From assembly GCA_964270895.1 (NCBI GenBank), contig OZ185440.1: a stretch of DNA of 64,000 bases; one strand, 5' to 3'. This stretch comes from Podarcis filfolensis (lineage: Eukaryota). Made by a program: the position numbers and the translations under genes. Positions 1-11,813 of this stretch are shown piece after piece (the first letter of the stretch is position 1; every line of letters begins with the position of its first letter). Under the pieces are notes generated by a model that worked only from the letters and a program-made list of their open reading frames with translations, had not been told where the DNA came from and ran no database searches.

Positions 1-848
1 GAAGTCCATGAAAAAAGTCTTTCACGTCAGATTCTGTTGCTGAGAATGGCATTCCATGCACACTGACATACAGATCATCTGGATTGACAGGAAGTGATTT
101 CACACCACTTTGAGAATTGATCTGAATAGGATTTATGGGACTCATGAACATTGGATTCAAGTTAGTGCTCAGATTCATGGCTGTTCCAGATCCATTCATT
201 CCTGTAGGCAAAGGTGCTACAGGTGGGGGATTCATTGGAGGCATTCCTGATAAAGGAGGCAGAGGGTTCATAGGTGGCACAGGAGGTACAGGAGGTATTG
301 GGGGAACTGGGGGAACAGGAGGCAGTGTAGGTACTGGAGGTGGGACAGGGATGGGAGGAATGGAAGGCATTGGGGGCAATGATGGCAGAGCTGGAATTGG
401 AGGTATTGGTGGAGGTGGTACCGTGTTCATTGAGGATGCTGTACTAGGTATGGTGGAACTAAAGGTGGGACTTCCAAAAGTAGCACCAATATTAGGAGGA
501 GCAGTTCCCATACTGGCAGTGGAGAATGTTGGTATGTTTTTGTTGCTTTCATGAACCGAAGTAGCTGCAGTAACTACACTAGGAGAGGGACTGTTAAAGT
601 TAGGTACTGTCGTAGGAAGAGTCACCCTGCTACTTATTCCAGAACTAGGTGGAGGCCCAGACCTGCTAGCATTTGCGGGTGGCATATCTAGATTTGCTGT
701 TTCAAAGCGCCTGCGACTGAGTTCAATCATATTCTGCATTTCAGTTTTACTGCTCAGCAACAGTGTTACTTTGGACCCTTTAATGGTACCACCTGTGCGC
801 ATCATACCCAGCCTTGCATCTTCATCAGTGGCAAAGACGATGAAAGCC
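1..848 (-). CDS. RBM12: RNA-binding motif protein 12, 5' part of the single coding exon (end of RRM1, Pro-rich linker, start of RRM2). Runs off the window at base 1; start codon expected near 973, inside the N-run
   Basis: Open minus-strand frame from 847 reads AFIVFATDEDARLGMMRTGGTIKGSKVTLLLSSKTEMQNMIELSRRRFETANLDMPPANASRSGPPPSSG...PPPPIPPIPALP...DDLYVSVHGMPFSATESDVKDFFHGL, which I recognise as RBM12. Synteny with NFS1/ROMO1/RBM39 agrees. Confidence 0.96.
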
Positions 849-1027
849 NNNNNNNNNNNNNNNNNNNNNNNNNNNNNNNNNNNNNNNNNNNNNNNNNNNN
901 NNNNNNNNNNNNNNNNNNNNNNNNNNNNNNNNNNNNNNNNNNNNNNNNNNNNNNNNNNNNNNNNNNNNNNNNNNNNNNNNNNNNNNNNNNNNNNNNNNNN
1001 NNNNNNNNNNNNNNNNNNNNNNNNNNN
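849..1027. other. N-run (179 N) covering the RBM12 start codon and splice acceptor
   Basis: Seen directly. The 42 missing N-terminal codons (126 bp) plus a short UTR and acceptor fit inside it. Confidence 0.95.
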
Positions 1028-2412
1028 CTATTTAAGACACCATATGCTTAACCTAGATACTTATGTTTAAAAGCTCCTGCAGATCTTAAATCAATTTACA
1101 ATTTGTGATCTTTATGCATGCAGCTTTCTCTACAAAGTACTTTTAAAGCACAATTGCATCAAAGCTTTCCAGTAAATTGCAATATGGAATGTTAAAGGCT
1201 GTTGACAAGAACACAGTCAAAAACTGGAACCAAGACAAATCCTTCTGGAGAACACCAGCTTCAGATATGACAATCCAAAAGCAAACTTCTTGCATTAAGC
1301 TCATTTAGCTCAAGGCTGGAATAATATTTTAGGCTCCTGTGCACCAATGAACTTTTTATTTTTAAAACACTTATCTTATGTCACAATCTTATACTTCAGT
1401 CCCACACAGGAATGCATAACTACTTCAAAATTCCTATACATCACATTGCTTGGTATCTAGAGACATGAAATCTCTCCAGCCTATTCCTTGCTCCTCACCT
1501 TTGTTCTTTTTTCTTTTTTTTTAAAGAATCTCCTCCTACTCTGCAGCTTTCACAAAGCCATTAATTCCTTTATACAAGCAAGCCAATACTTGGTTTGGTG
1601 TTTGGATGGAAAACTCTAGAGTTACCAGGCACTGCAAGATGTATTTTAGAAGTCAGATAGGAACCAGTAATACACCTCTCCTGCACCCTGTGTTTGATTA
1701 TGTTGCTGTTTCAGATAATGCCACTCTGAAATAGCTACATAGTACTGTCAAAAGCCTTCCTAAATTAAAAAAGGACTGGCATCTCTAGGAAAAATAATGT
1801 GATAAAGGAAATAGTATTTAAAATGTTCATGATTTCTTTTTTTTTAAAAAAACCCCTTTTTTGTTAAAAGAAAATGTTTTTAAAACCATTCATCAGCTTG
1901 CTAACATGAAGGGATAAAAACTTACATAATTGCTTTTGAAGTATCATAAAATTTTCAATAAATTGGCTTTGATTTAGTTGAAGCTCATCAGAAGAACCTT
2001 CCTTTTTCCTTATGGTTGCAGAGAGAACTATAAAATGAACTTTAGCTGAAACAACCAAGTAGCCAGTAGCCAGAAGTATGAAAAATAAACGCTCCAAAGG
2101 TGCCATGTTGCCTGGGATTAACAAGCACATTTTCCCATTACTAAACAAATCAGGAAACCAGCTTATGCCACCAGAATACTGGAAGCAAATTTCATTTAAA
2201 CATTTTTTCAATATATCTATGCTAGATCAAAGAGGCAACGTTCAAAGTCATCCACTAATAATGCTAAATCTCATGAAGATACAGAGAGTACTTCACATTC
2301 ATCCTAATGTCTAAGTGCTGGAAGGGCTATTGATGTACTGGATACTGTACATCATATTTGGTGAAAATGTGATGTCACAGTCTTTCTGAAGTTCATTTAG
2401 TTCCTGGTAGAA

Positions 2413-2453
2413 ATAATTATAATTATAATTATAATTATAATTATAATTATAAT
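2413..2453. repeat. (ATAATT)n microsatellite
   Basis: Seen directly. Confidence 0.95.
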
Positions 2454-2895
2454 AGTTATTGTTTTATTTAAACCCTTCCCTTCAGGCTGATAACAGTAGT
2501 TTTGTGTTGTAATATATTTTGTCCAGTTTTACAATGTTGCTTATATTTACTGTAGTAAGTACTCTTAATTAAAGAGTTTTCTTTTAAAATAAAACAGGTT
2601 TGAAATCTGCAGTGTCACCTTTAAGATGTTATGACAGTCACAGATACAAATTACTATGCAATAGATTTGCAAATGAGAAATAGGAAAAGGCTTTTAAAAA
2701 GTTTATTAATCCCTAATTTAAAAGCATAAGAAAGTGTAGATTATTCAAATGCAAGCAAACAATTTAGTACAAGTTAAAGCAAGCATTCAAAACTAGTACA
2801 ACATATTAGTGGAAGATGCTGTATTGTTTTTAATATTCAGTTGGAAGCCACCCAGAATGGCTGGGGAAATCCAGCCAGACGGGCAGGGTATAAAC

Positions 2896-2932
<37 letters not shown>
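2896..2932. repeat. (TAT)n microsatellite
   Basis: Seen directly. Confidence 0.95.
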
Positions 2933-3218
2933 TGGACAGCAACATCTACAAAACATTTATTCTGCAGAAGTGTTATAATCATAACCTAAGCAGCAAAATC
3001 AAAAGAGTGAATAGGCCTATTCAGTAGATACAGACCTCAGCACATCATAAAAAGGCTAAAACATTTTTGTTAAAAGATCGAATAAACTGTAAACCATGTT
3101 ATATAATATTGAGGGTGTCTATGACTGGAACCTTTGCACAGAGGCTCAAGTTCTATTATCTTCAACTAGTTTTTGAAGAACATTCAATTTTGCATGTTCA
3201 AGACCCACCACAAATATA

Positions 3219-3464
3219 CAGTGGTACCTTGGTTTAAGAACAGCTTAGCTTATGAACAACTTGGATTAAGAATGCTGCATACCCAGAAGTAGGTGTTTTG
3301 GTTTGTGAACTTTGCCTTGGAAGCAGAACATGTTCTGCTTCCTGTTGAGAGTGTTGCATTTGTAAATTGAGGCCCCCGCTGCTATGGGAAAGCACGCCTT
3401 GGTTTAAGAACACTTTGGTTTAAGAACGGACTTCCGGATTAAGTCCATAAATCAAGGTGTATTG
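3219..3464. mobile_element. Tc1/mariner (Tigger-like) MITE, degenerate right end
   Basis: TA|CAGTGGTACCTTGG left end; AAGGTGTATTG decayed right TIR. Confidence 0.7.
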
Positions 3465-5040
3465 TCTGAAGATACCTTGTTGCATACCTTATTACCACAG
3501 TTATTCAACTGGTGCTCCAGGATCTAACGCAGACTCCAACAGCAGAACTACTGCCAAACAAATGTGGTCTGTGGAAGTGGTCTGAACACAAGTTGGGGGC
3601 GTAAAAGAGTAGGCTTATGTATGCTCCGATGTGTGCAGGCACCAGGAATGTAACCCTGCACAAATAGGACGAAGCCTGTATGATGAAAATTAAGTATAAA
3701 TGCCCAAACACATGTCTGCACTTTAGACTGGTCCTTGGTCTGAAAAAAGTAGAAGCCTCCTAATCTGACCTACATAAGTATTTCACTTGCACTATGTGCA
3801 CCAAATTCTGATCTTACACAAAAACAGGGACATGCTTTCAATCATCACAAGCAAGCAATAGTATTGTTTACAGCCAAATCTTTCTCTGCAACCATAAGGA
3901 GTTTTGAGATAAACCAGTCCAGATATATACATTCTATTAATCAAAACTATTAAGTCTGTCTTAGGAACCTGCTGAAATATTGAGACACCAAAGTCTTGTT
4001 CCATACTTCATCACCAGAAATGTCACTGGTAGACCATAGGAACAGGGCCTTTTCTGACAATGTGCAAATATTTTGGAACGTCATTTTGAGAGATGTCTAC
4101 TTTGCTCCATCTTTATTTGTTCTCATATGGGTAGTTCACAAAGCTTTTGTCTTTTATACTTACCAAAAAGCTATGCTGTGCTGTTTATTTTGTACCAAAC
4201 TGTAGTTACTGATGTTTTAGATTTAATAGCTGCTTTGATTATATTTTAGATAGAGAGAAGGATAAAAATATTTGAAACTAAATTATTAATCTTTGGGCCA
4301 TTATCTCAAAGAATGCATTTCTTCCATAATGTCATAAAGCTACCTAACATGGCCTTCCATTTTAAATAATTCATTCATCTGGAGATACTTATTAAAAAAT
4401 ACAAGACACAAATGTTTGCACAGCCATTTAACAACAGTTCATAAATGTTACATAGAAGACTGAGCAGCAAAATAGTACAGTTCTCCAGAAAACAACAGGC
4501 TGTAGATATAAGCATCATGGTATATGTAAAGAATGTATTTTGGGGGGCACGGATATATAAAAATCTGACTTTGCAAATATATAGCTAACACTGATATGCA
4601 TCACAAAATGTATTAATTATTTCAGGCTAAACACCAAAGAGCTACAATTATATTAAAAATGTATTCAAACACCAAATGCAAATTAAACACTTAGCTGCCA
4701 AGCTTCAGCTAGGAGAGTAGAACTCACCTGGGTTTTGTTTGTTTTTAAACCTACATGACTAGACAATTTGGGTAACTACACAAAACTTGCTATACAGAAG
4801 AGTTAATGGTGTTTTAAAAACCACATAACCCTAAAAAGACCTCAATCTTAAAGAATTCTACCCACAGAAAGTTTTACCAAAAAAATCACAACTTGAGGCC
4901 AACAAAGGGGGGGGGGAACCTCCATATATTTTTGGTGATTTAAACTTTTTAAAGTAACTCATGTACTGGCTCTATCTTCCTGAGTACTTTGAATTATCCA
5001 AGCGTGTTCAGTAAGCATAAATACATCTTCAGTATCTTAC

Positions 5041-5095
5041 CTGCCAAGAGAGGTGTGTTTTTTTTCCTTAACAAGTAGTAGAAGCCAAGGCAATC
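5041..5095 (-). other. RBM12: Non-coding 5' UTR exon (55 nt), probably shared by RBM12 and CPNE1 (CPNE1 coding exons lie outside the window)
   Basis: Acceptor GTTGCCCACAG|GATTGCCTTGGCTTCTACTACTTGTTAAGG...CTTGGCAG|GTAAGA donor. It resembles my recollection of the human shared RBM12/CPNE1 UTR exon (GATTGACTTGGCCTCTACTTCTTGTTAAGG). Confidence 0.72.
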
Positions 5096-7479
5096 CTGTG
5101 GGCAACCAATTAAAACCAACTTTTAGACTGAAATAAAGAATAAATGGAGGCAAAAATCAATGCAAGCAACACATAACTAAAAGTTAGCAGTCCACAATGT
5201 GCTGTGTATTATGACAGTCTGGGACAATGTCCATCATAAGGCACTCCAATACATGGGAACCACAAGTTTGAGAGTGCATGAAATATACATGCCTTGGTCT
5301 TTTCCACAGCTTCACACATTTTGATAGCAACAATTACTTTTATTTTAAAACAAAAAATATTCAACATGAGAACGAATACAAACAAAAAGCCAGAACACAT
5401 TCATTACAGAAATTAACTTTGCATTCTCTCTTCAGATAGCTGATTTGTCTCATTTCATAAAGAGGGCTAGTTTATTTTTCCTGATCAAGAAAACTAGAAT
5501 AGTTTTCTAATGCTACAACTTCTCACCCAATTAAGAAGTACTTTAAATAAACCAAAACACAACATCCTTTCAAAGTCATTTCACATTTGCTGAAGCCAAA
5601 TCAGACTGCAAATACCTTACAATACACTTCCTCCTATTTCTTTAACTTTGCTTATTTTAGAGCTGCAGAATCAAAATACAATCCAACATAAATTGCAAAC
5701 AGGACAATCTTCTTCTCAAAGTACAGGACCAAACAGTATTTCACAATCATTGTGTCCAACGTTCAGCAAGTTTATATACACTAGTACTTAAACACACACA
5801 ACCCTAATGTAATCTGGAAATCCTGATCTGCAGATCCTGAAAATATTTTCCATTGAAAGAAAAGAAACAAAAAACGAATACTGAATTCCACACATCTCAT
5901 GAATGGCTTGACAGGCAGTTCTATGAACAGGTGATATCTGTAATTATGCCTTATTTAAAGAAAACCGTATATTTGCTGACCACAGGAAATAACAATTAAT
6001 CGAAACAAAGACTTTCAAGGAACAAATCAACATCAGCACCACAAAACTTAAACAGTGTGAATTCCCGCATAAAATCTGAAGTAAAACACCTGTCTGAACA
6101 GCAAAACCCAAGAACTCATTCTCTACCTGACCTTATAAACTATTTACAATTCAAGATTAGGACATATGTTAATTCATGTGAGAATTATTCAGCACAAGCC
6201 AAACTTCAGCATCTGAAATCTTTCAATTATCCTGGTGACAATTTTTTGTACAATTCGAGAGATCGCCTTTTTTCATTTCTAAATAGCTTAATAATGTTCC
6301 ACATGGTCATTTCACTGCAAAATATAAATGCTAACAGATATTTTTCTCCAACCAGTTCCCAGTGCACATTTCTATTCAACAAAAGGGTCTGCCGTCATGC
6401 TCAGTTTTTCCAGTAACTATTTTCTGTGGTTTATGCCGCATGCATAATTCCAAGCAAGAATGTTCAGAAATCAAAAACCTTTTCAAACAAAGCATACTAC
6501 CAGATATGCTGAGATATTCTGTCATATTAATTTATCCCTGGTCTTAATGACTCCTTCGTGCCCAATGAATACTCTTTGTATGATGCCCTTGAGTTCCGAA
6601 ATATACACCAAAATCGTATAGAACCTATGATAAGCTTCTTTTTTACTCATGAGGTAAGCAGAACATTCCTAAGTACAAAGTAACTTTCCAACACCAAGCA
6701 TTTTCTTGGAGCTTTGTTTCAAACAAACAGTATTAAAATGTATGATTACTATGCTTATCAGTAGCTGGGGAAGGGGAAGGGAAAGTGTGCTGGAATAAAG
6801 GGATTCACAACTGAAGACTCAAAGTCAACACAAAACTAAAGCCAGTATTTCCTAATAATCAAAATACATAAGAACAAATACTTTTTTAAAAATGAAAAGC
6901 CTTTTTATAGCATCTTAACAGTTTGTACCTATATGTAAGTTTAGCTGTTCTATTGTCAATTGGCAAATTTAATTCCTATCACCTTCCTTTATCTTTGGCT
7001 AATAATCATCAATTACTTTACCTACTTACAGCAGCCCTATTGTTTAAAAAGCAAATATCCTTCCATTTATGTCCCTCAGAGGAAATAAAGAAACTAGGAA
7101 AATACAGCAAACAATGAAGCACTCTTTCATGAAGTCAAATTTCGGAACGATAAATTAATTTTGTATACAAATGATGTCCTTATCGCTCTATAACAAATGA
7201 ATTTGTTATATAACCTGACGAGCACGCCCATGTCAGTGAAGATATGAAACATATCCACCCCAGGAGTCCTAAAGAACAACCATAAACTCTGAAGTCATCC
7301 TCCAGAACCAAACGTTTCTTAAAACCTTTTTAGCCAACTTAAAACAGCGACACCGGGTTTCACATGTAAGGTATCATTTCATGCCGCGAATTTAAATTTT
7401 TGTTAACCACGAAGGGCCCAGAAATTTCACAGAGCGCAGTTAACCAAAATAACAAACAGTGGTGTGTGTACCTGGAGAC

Positions 7480-8620
7480 CACCCCACCAAAACAAAACCG
7501 TGATAACAGGACGCTAGATCTCAATCGAAAGCTTTCGAAAATTCATCACGGCGTTGTTCACACTGAGTCCAGTACCACTTCGAATCTGCACAAGGACGAG
7601 TCTTTATTTGACTTGGACGCCAGAGATTCGGGCGTACTGCGACAGCTTTTGGTTGATGCGAAAAAAAATAAGGGGAAAAAAAATCCCCGCAGCTCAGGCC
7701 ATTTTGTTTTACACTACCGAGTTCGCTTCCATTCGCCCCCGCCATCCCCTACAATGGGAGCGCCTGCACCGCCCTAAGACCCGGCCCCGGGGATGCTCCC
7801 AGGGAAGCCCGGCTTAGTCAGGCCACTTATGAAGGGAGCCGCCGATACTCACCTACCCCCAAAAGAAACGGGGGTCACAAACCCACGGGGCGCATAGGCG
7901 GCTCTTCCACTACCCCGAACCAGCACCGTCGCTCAGGCGCAGCCAAGCAACCCTGCGCACCAGGCCCAAAATGCCTTAGCGAGGCTAAATGCCTGTCCAA
8001 CCTACAGACCCCACGCGAGAGTTACAGGCCAAGGCCTTGAGGAGCCAACGAGGCTCCGGAGCGCGGCCCTTACCCCCCGCTCCCTTCAGGCCTCATTCCC
8101 GCCCTCCCGCCCTTTGTGCAAGCTGAGGTGGGAGGGGAACACGCTCCCCCTCGCAGCCGAGCCGGACAAGCCCGGCTTTCCCCACCTATTATTATTCCCC
8201 GGCGAGCCGGAGGCGCCGCCAGGGAAGTGCTAAGTTCTTACCGAGGGGCCTGTACGGGAAAAAAGTGGGTTAGAAAGGAAACTAACTCGCCACTCAGGCC
8301 CCGCTCCCCGCGCTGAGCCCCAGCGCCAGCGACCGAGCAGCGCCACAAAATGGCCGCCCGCCTGCACCGCCTCCGGGCCGTCTGCGGCAAGGAGAGGAGG
8401 GTGTGGCCTGAGGTAGGCGGCGCCGCGAGAGCGTGTGTGGCGAAGGCAAGCGGAGCGAGCGAGGGGGATCTTCCCTGGTGAGGGAAAAGCGCGGGCGCAT
8501 CTTCGAGGTGGCCTCCTGTGGTACCTTCGCAGTCTTCGCACGTTTGGTGCGGCGAAAGCTTTCAGGTGGTCAAAGCCACTCCGCCAAAGACACTGAAACG
8601 TTATCAGCAGTAGCTGAAAG
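7480..8620 (-). promoter_or_regulatory. RBM12: CpG island / promoter and first exon(s) of RBM12-CPNE1
   Basis: GC/CpG-rich block. YY1-type GGCGGCCATTTTG on the minus strand near 8345-8358. Candidate minus-strand donors GCGA|GTTAGT (8286) and GTAG|GTGAGT (7852). Exact TSS cannot be determined. Confidence 0.75.
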
Positions 8621-8739
8621 GGGGTGAGGAAAGTTTTGTAAACATTAGGACCGACCTGCCATGAAATACAATAGGTGCCAGTACTTCTGTCACATTTCCA
8701 TGTGATCAAACCCAAATATATACAACATAAAAACAGAGA

Positions 8740-8958
8740 AAAAGCAGGAAGAGAAATGACTGACATTAGCACCCTCCTTGCAGCTATAAGTGAATGGGGC
8801 TGCGATTCTGAACACCATAGTGAGTAACCCCTGCTTACTCGGCAGTAAGTTCCGCTGAGCTTCACAGGGGTTACTCACTATGGTGTTCAGAATCGCAGCC
8901 CCATTCACTTATAGCTGCAAGGAGGGTGCTAATGTCAGTCATTTCTCTTCCTGCTTTT
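8740..8958. repeat. Perfect inverted repeat, 94-bp arms (8740-8833 / 8865-8958), 31-bp spacer
   Basis: Arms checked base by base; no mismatch. Confidence 0.95.
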
Positions 8959-9061
8959 GTTTATCTTCTGCTCATGGTAGAAGTTAGCCTCGCAAGAGCA
9001 GCTGGGTCATAAGTTTCTGCTAACCCGACATTTCTGTTTACCAAGATAGTCCTTTCCCCCG

Positions 9062-9612
9062 TCCTCAGCTTCACAATCTGTCCTTTCAGTGAGCACTCAG
9101 GGCTGATTTGTTTCAGAATGGATAGGTTTGATCTTTTTGCAGTCCATGGGACTCTCAAGAGTCTCCTCCAGCACAATTCAAAAGCATGGCGATCAGCCTT
9201 TGTGGTCCAGCTCTCACTTCCATACATCACTACTGGGAAAACCATAGCTTTCACTATATAGATCTTTGTCGGCAAGGTAATGCCTCTGCTTTTTAAGATG
9301 CTGTCTAGGTTTCTCATTGCTTTTCTCCCAAGAAGCAGGGGTCTTTTAATTTCGTGGCTGCTGTCACCATCTGCATTGATCATGGAGCCCAAGAAGGTAA
9401 AATCTGTTACTGCTTCAGTTTCTTCCCCTTCTGTTTGCCAGGACCAATGGCCATGATTTTAGTTTTTTTGATGTTGTGCTTCAGACCATATTTTTCCCTC
9501 TCCTCTTTCACCCTCATTACAAGGTTCTTTAATTGCTCCTCACTTTCTGCCATCAAAGTTGTGTCATCTGCATATCTGAGGTTGTCAATATTTCTTCCGG
9601 CAATCTTAATAG
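9062..9612 (-). mobile_element. BovB / RTE-clade LINE fragment (reverse transcriptase region, frameshifted)
   Basis: Minus strand encodes IKIAGRNIDNLRYADDTTLMAESEEQLKNLVMRVKEE and LLLGRKAMRNLDSILKSRGITLPTKIYIVKAMVFPVVMYGSESWT. Confidence 0.92.
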
Positions 9613-11813
9613 GGCTACACAACTTTTTTAAAAAATGCAGATCTGCTAGATTTCATTCATATTTTACAACTTCCAGGCTACAGTATACGAGTGCATTGTA
9701 TATATTATGTTGTAAGTATGTTGGACCTCAATGATCCACCTTTCTCTTCTGTCCAATTATCTAAAACTGTTGAAGAGCACCCTCAAATCTCAAAGTCAGC
9801 AATATTTTTATTTATTGATGGTTAATTTCTGAAATCATGGAACTAGATAGATGCCTGTTCATGAATGTCCTGGAATTAGGGGTGAGCAGTGAGGAGGCCA
9901 TGTTTGCTGATAATACATTACCACATTATTCAAAGTGGCAAGAACAAATTGAGAGGATCTTCAAAAAGGATCTCTCCAAACTCTGCACAATAGCAAATAT
10001 ATTGCAATATACGCAAGTGCAAAGTGATGCACATTCAGACAAAAATTCCTACCATCTCATATATGCTAATGAGAACTACTTGCTCAGTAAATCAGTGTAT
10101 ATATTTTCCATCCCAATGAACAAGAATTCACAACTCAAACAAGTAAAAGCTGCTTTTATCTCTTTATTAATAGATGAGTGCCACATTACTAAGTTAAACA
10201 TAGAAAAGCATTTTTGTGCCAATTTTAACTCAGTATTTTGTTTTTAACACATTATCTTTTCTCTGTCTGCCTGTAATATACGTATATTGCACAGAATTCC
10301 TCTAAAACAAAAAAAAATAAATGTCTGAAAAAGTCTATGTGTACAGTGTAAGAAGTGTTCCAAAGCTTTTTTTTTTTTTTATTACCTGGGGGGGGGGAAT
10401 TAATGGCTTGCCCACAAAATTAAATTTTGTGATATGGTAATAAAACTGTCATCATTGCAGTATCAATGCTTCTTCCGTTTTAAACCATGCTTTTGAAAAC
10501 TTCTGTAACGATTTTGCAAATTAAGAACTCTCCTACATGAAGCAGTTTTGCCAGAACAGGTTTGCAATAAACATTATCTCAAGGAAGCTGATACAATTTC
10601 AATGGGAGTATATGCGTTGTGTGTATAGGACTAGTAGTTAAGGCAAGTGATACTTCATTGATTGAGTGCTAACAGTCCATTGCCTAGGGTCAGCAGCCAT
10701 TTCCTTCAAAATGGTGTGCACACAAAGCTGCATAAGACAAGCGTTCATTTATTGTAGACAGTTAAATTTCCTTCCTGCATTTATTTCAGAAAGCAGTAAA
10801 AAAAACTAAAAACTTCCCTTAAATAGATGTTTTCTTTCTACTACTAGAAAAAGTAATACCAGTAAAAAAAAAAATCCGATACAAATGAGGGCACACATTT
10901 CTGAGTACCAAAAATACTAGCCTCACCAGTTTAACTTAATCTAGCACTGTCAGGCACCCTGAAGTGAAAGGCAATGACATTGTTTTATTTTTTTAAGTGA
11001 TGATCAACCTGGGATATTTCTATAACTGGGATATTTCTAGATAGACACAATCTCATTCTCAAGACCATAGCTTCTTATCAACAAAAACCAAAATATGTTG
11101 CTCTACAGGAAAAACATTACATTGAAATCTTCCATCGTCACTCAAAAATAAATCAATAAATAGCTCAGAAAAAATTATTCTGGAAAGCAGGAGAAAAAAA
11201 TTGTGATAACAAATCAAGGGTAAAGGTAAGGAAAAGGTGAATTTGTGAAAAAGTGAATGTGATCTGCATTTGGGAGCTAGTAAACCTTAGGCACAGTTGA
11301 ATTCATTGCTATGTAGCAAATGCCACTGCTCAAATATAAAACATGGACTTTTTAGATGGAAGACTGCCTTCTGTAAGAGGATTACTTCTGACCATACTGT
11401 CTGTTTGAACACAAGTTTTGCAATAAGACAGATGTTGCTGAAACAGATGCAAATTATTCTAGGGAGAACCTACAGTAGAAACAAACTACTTTTTTATTAT
11501 TTTTACATAAGACAGTTGAAGATTTGGCATATCAAGCTGCACCAATGTCACCTCCAAAATAAAAGTACTGCAACTTCTTTGGTTCCAGGAAACTAATGTC
11601 CATTCGTATTTGGTGATTTGTAAGCACAGTTATTTACCTGAACAAACATCGCCTTAGATTTAGTTTTCAGGCTCTAGATTTAGAAAGCGTAACTGATTAC
11701 CCAAAGATTTTGTATTTTTAAAACAAGCACAACATGGTTTTACTCAGGAATGTAGAGAAAATATTACTTTAATCTATATCCAAGCAGTCCAAGATAACAA
11801 GTGATTTCCTTGC

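Noticed and set aside
135-554. Gly-rich 139-aa plus-strand ORF
   Set aside because: Antisense shadow of the Pro-rich RBM12 coding region (CCN codons read as NGG/GGN).
8230-8865. 211-aa minus ORF and neighbouring ORFs in the RBM12 CpG island
   Set aside because: Stop-poor GC-rich sequence running into the inverted repeat; no recognisable protein or splice logic.
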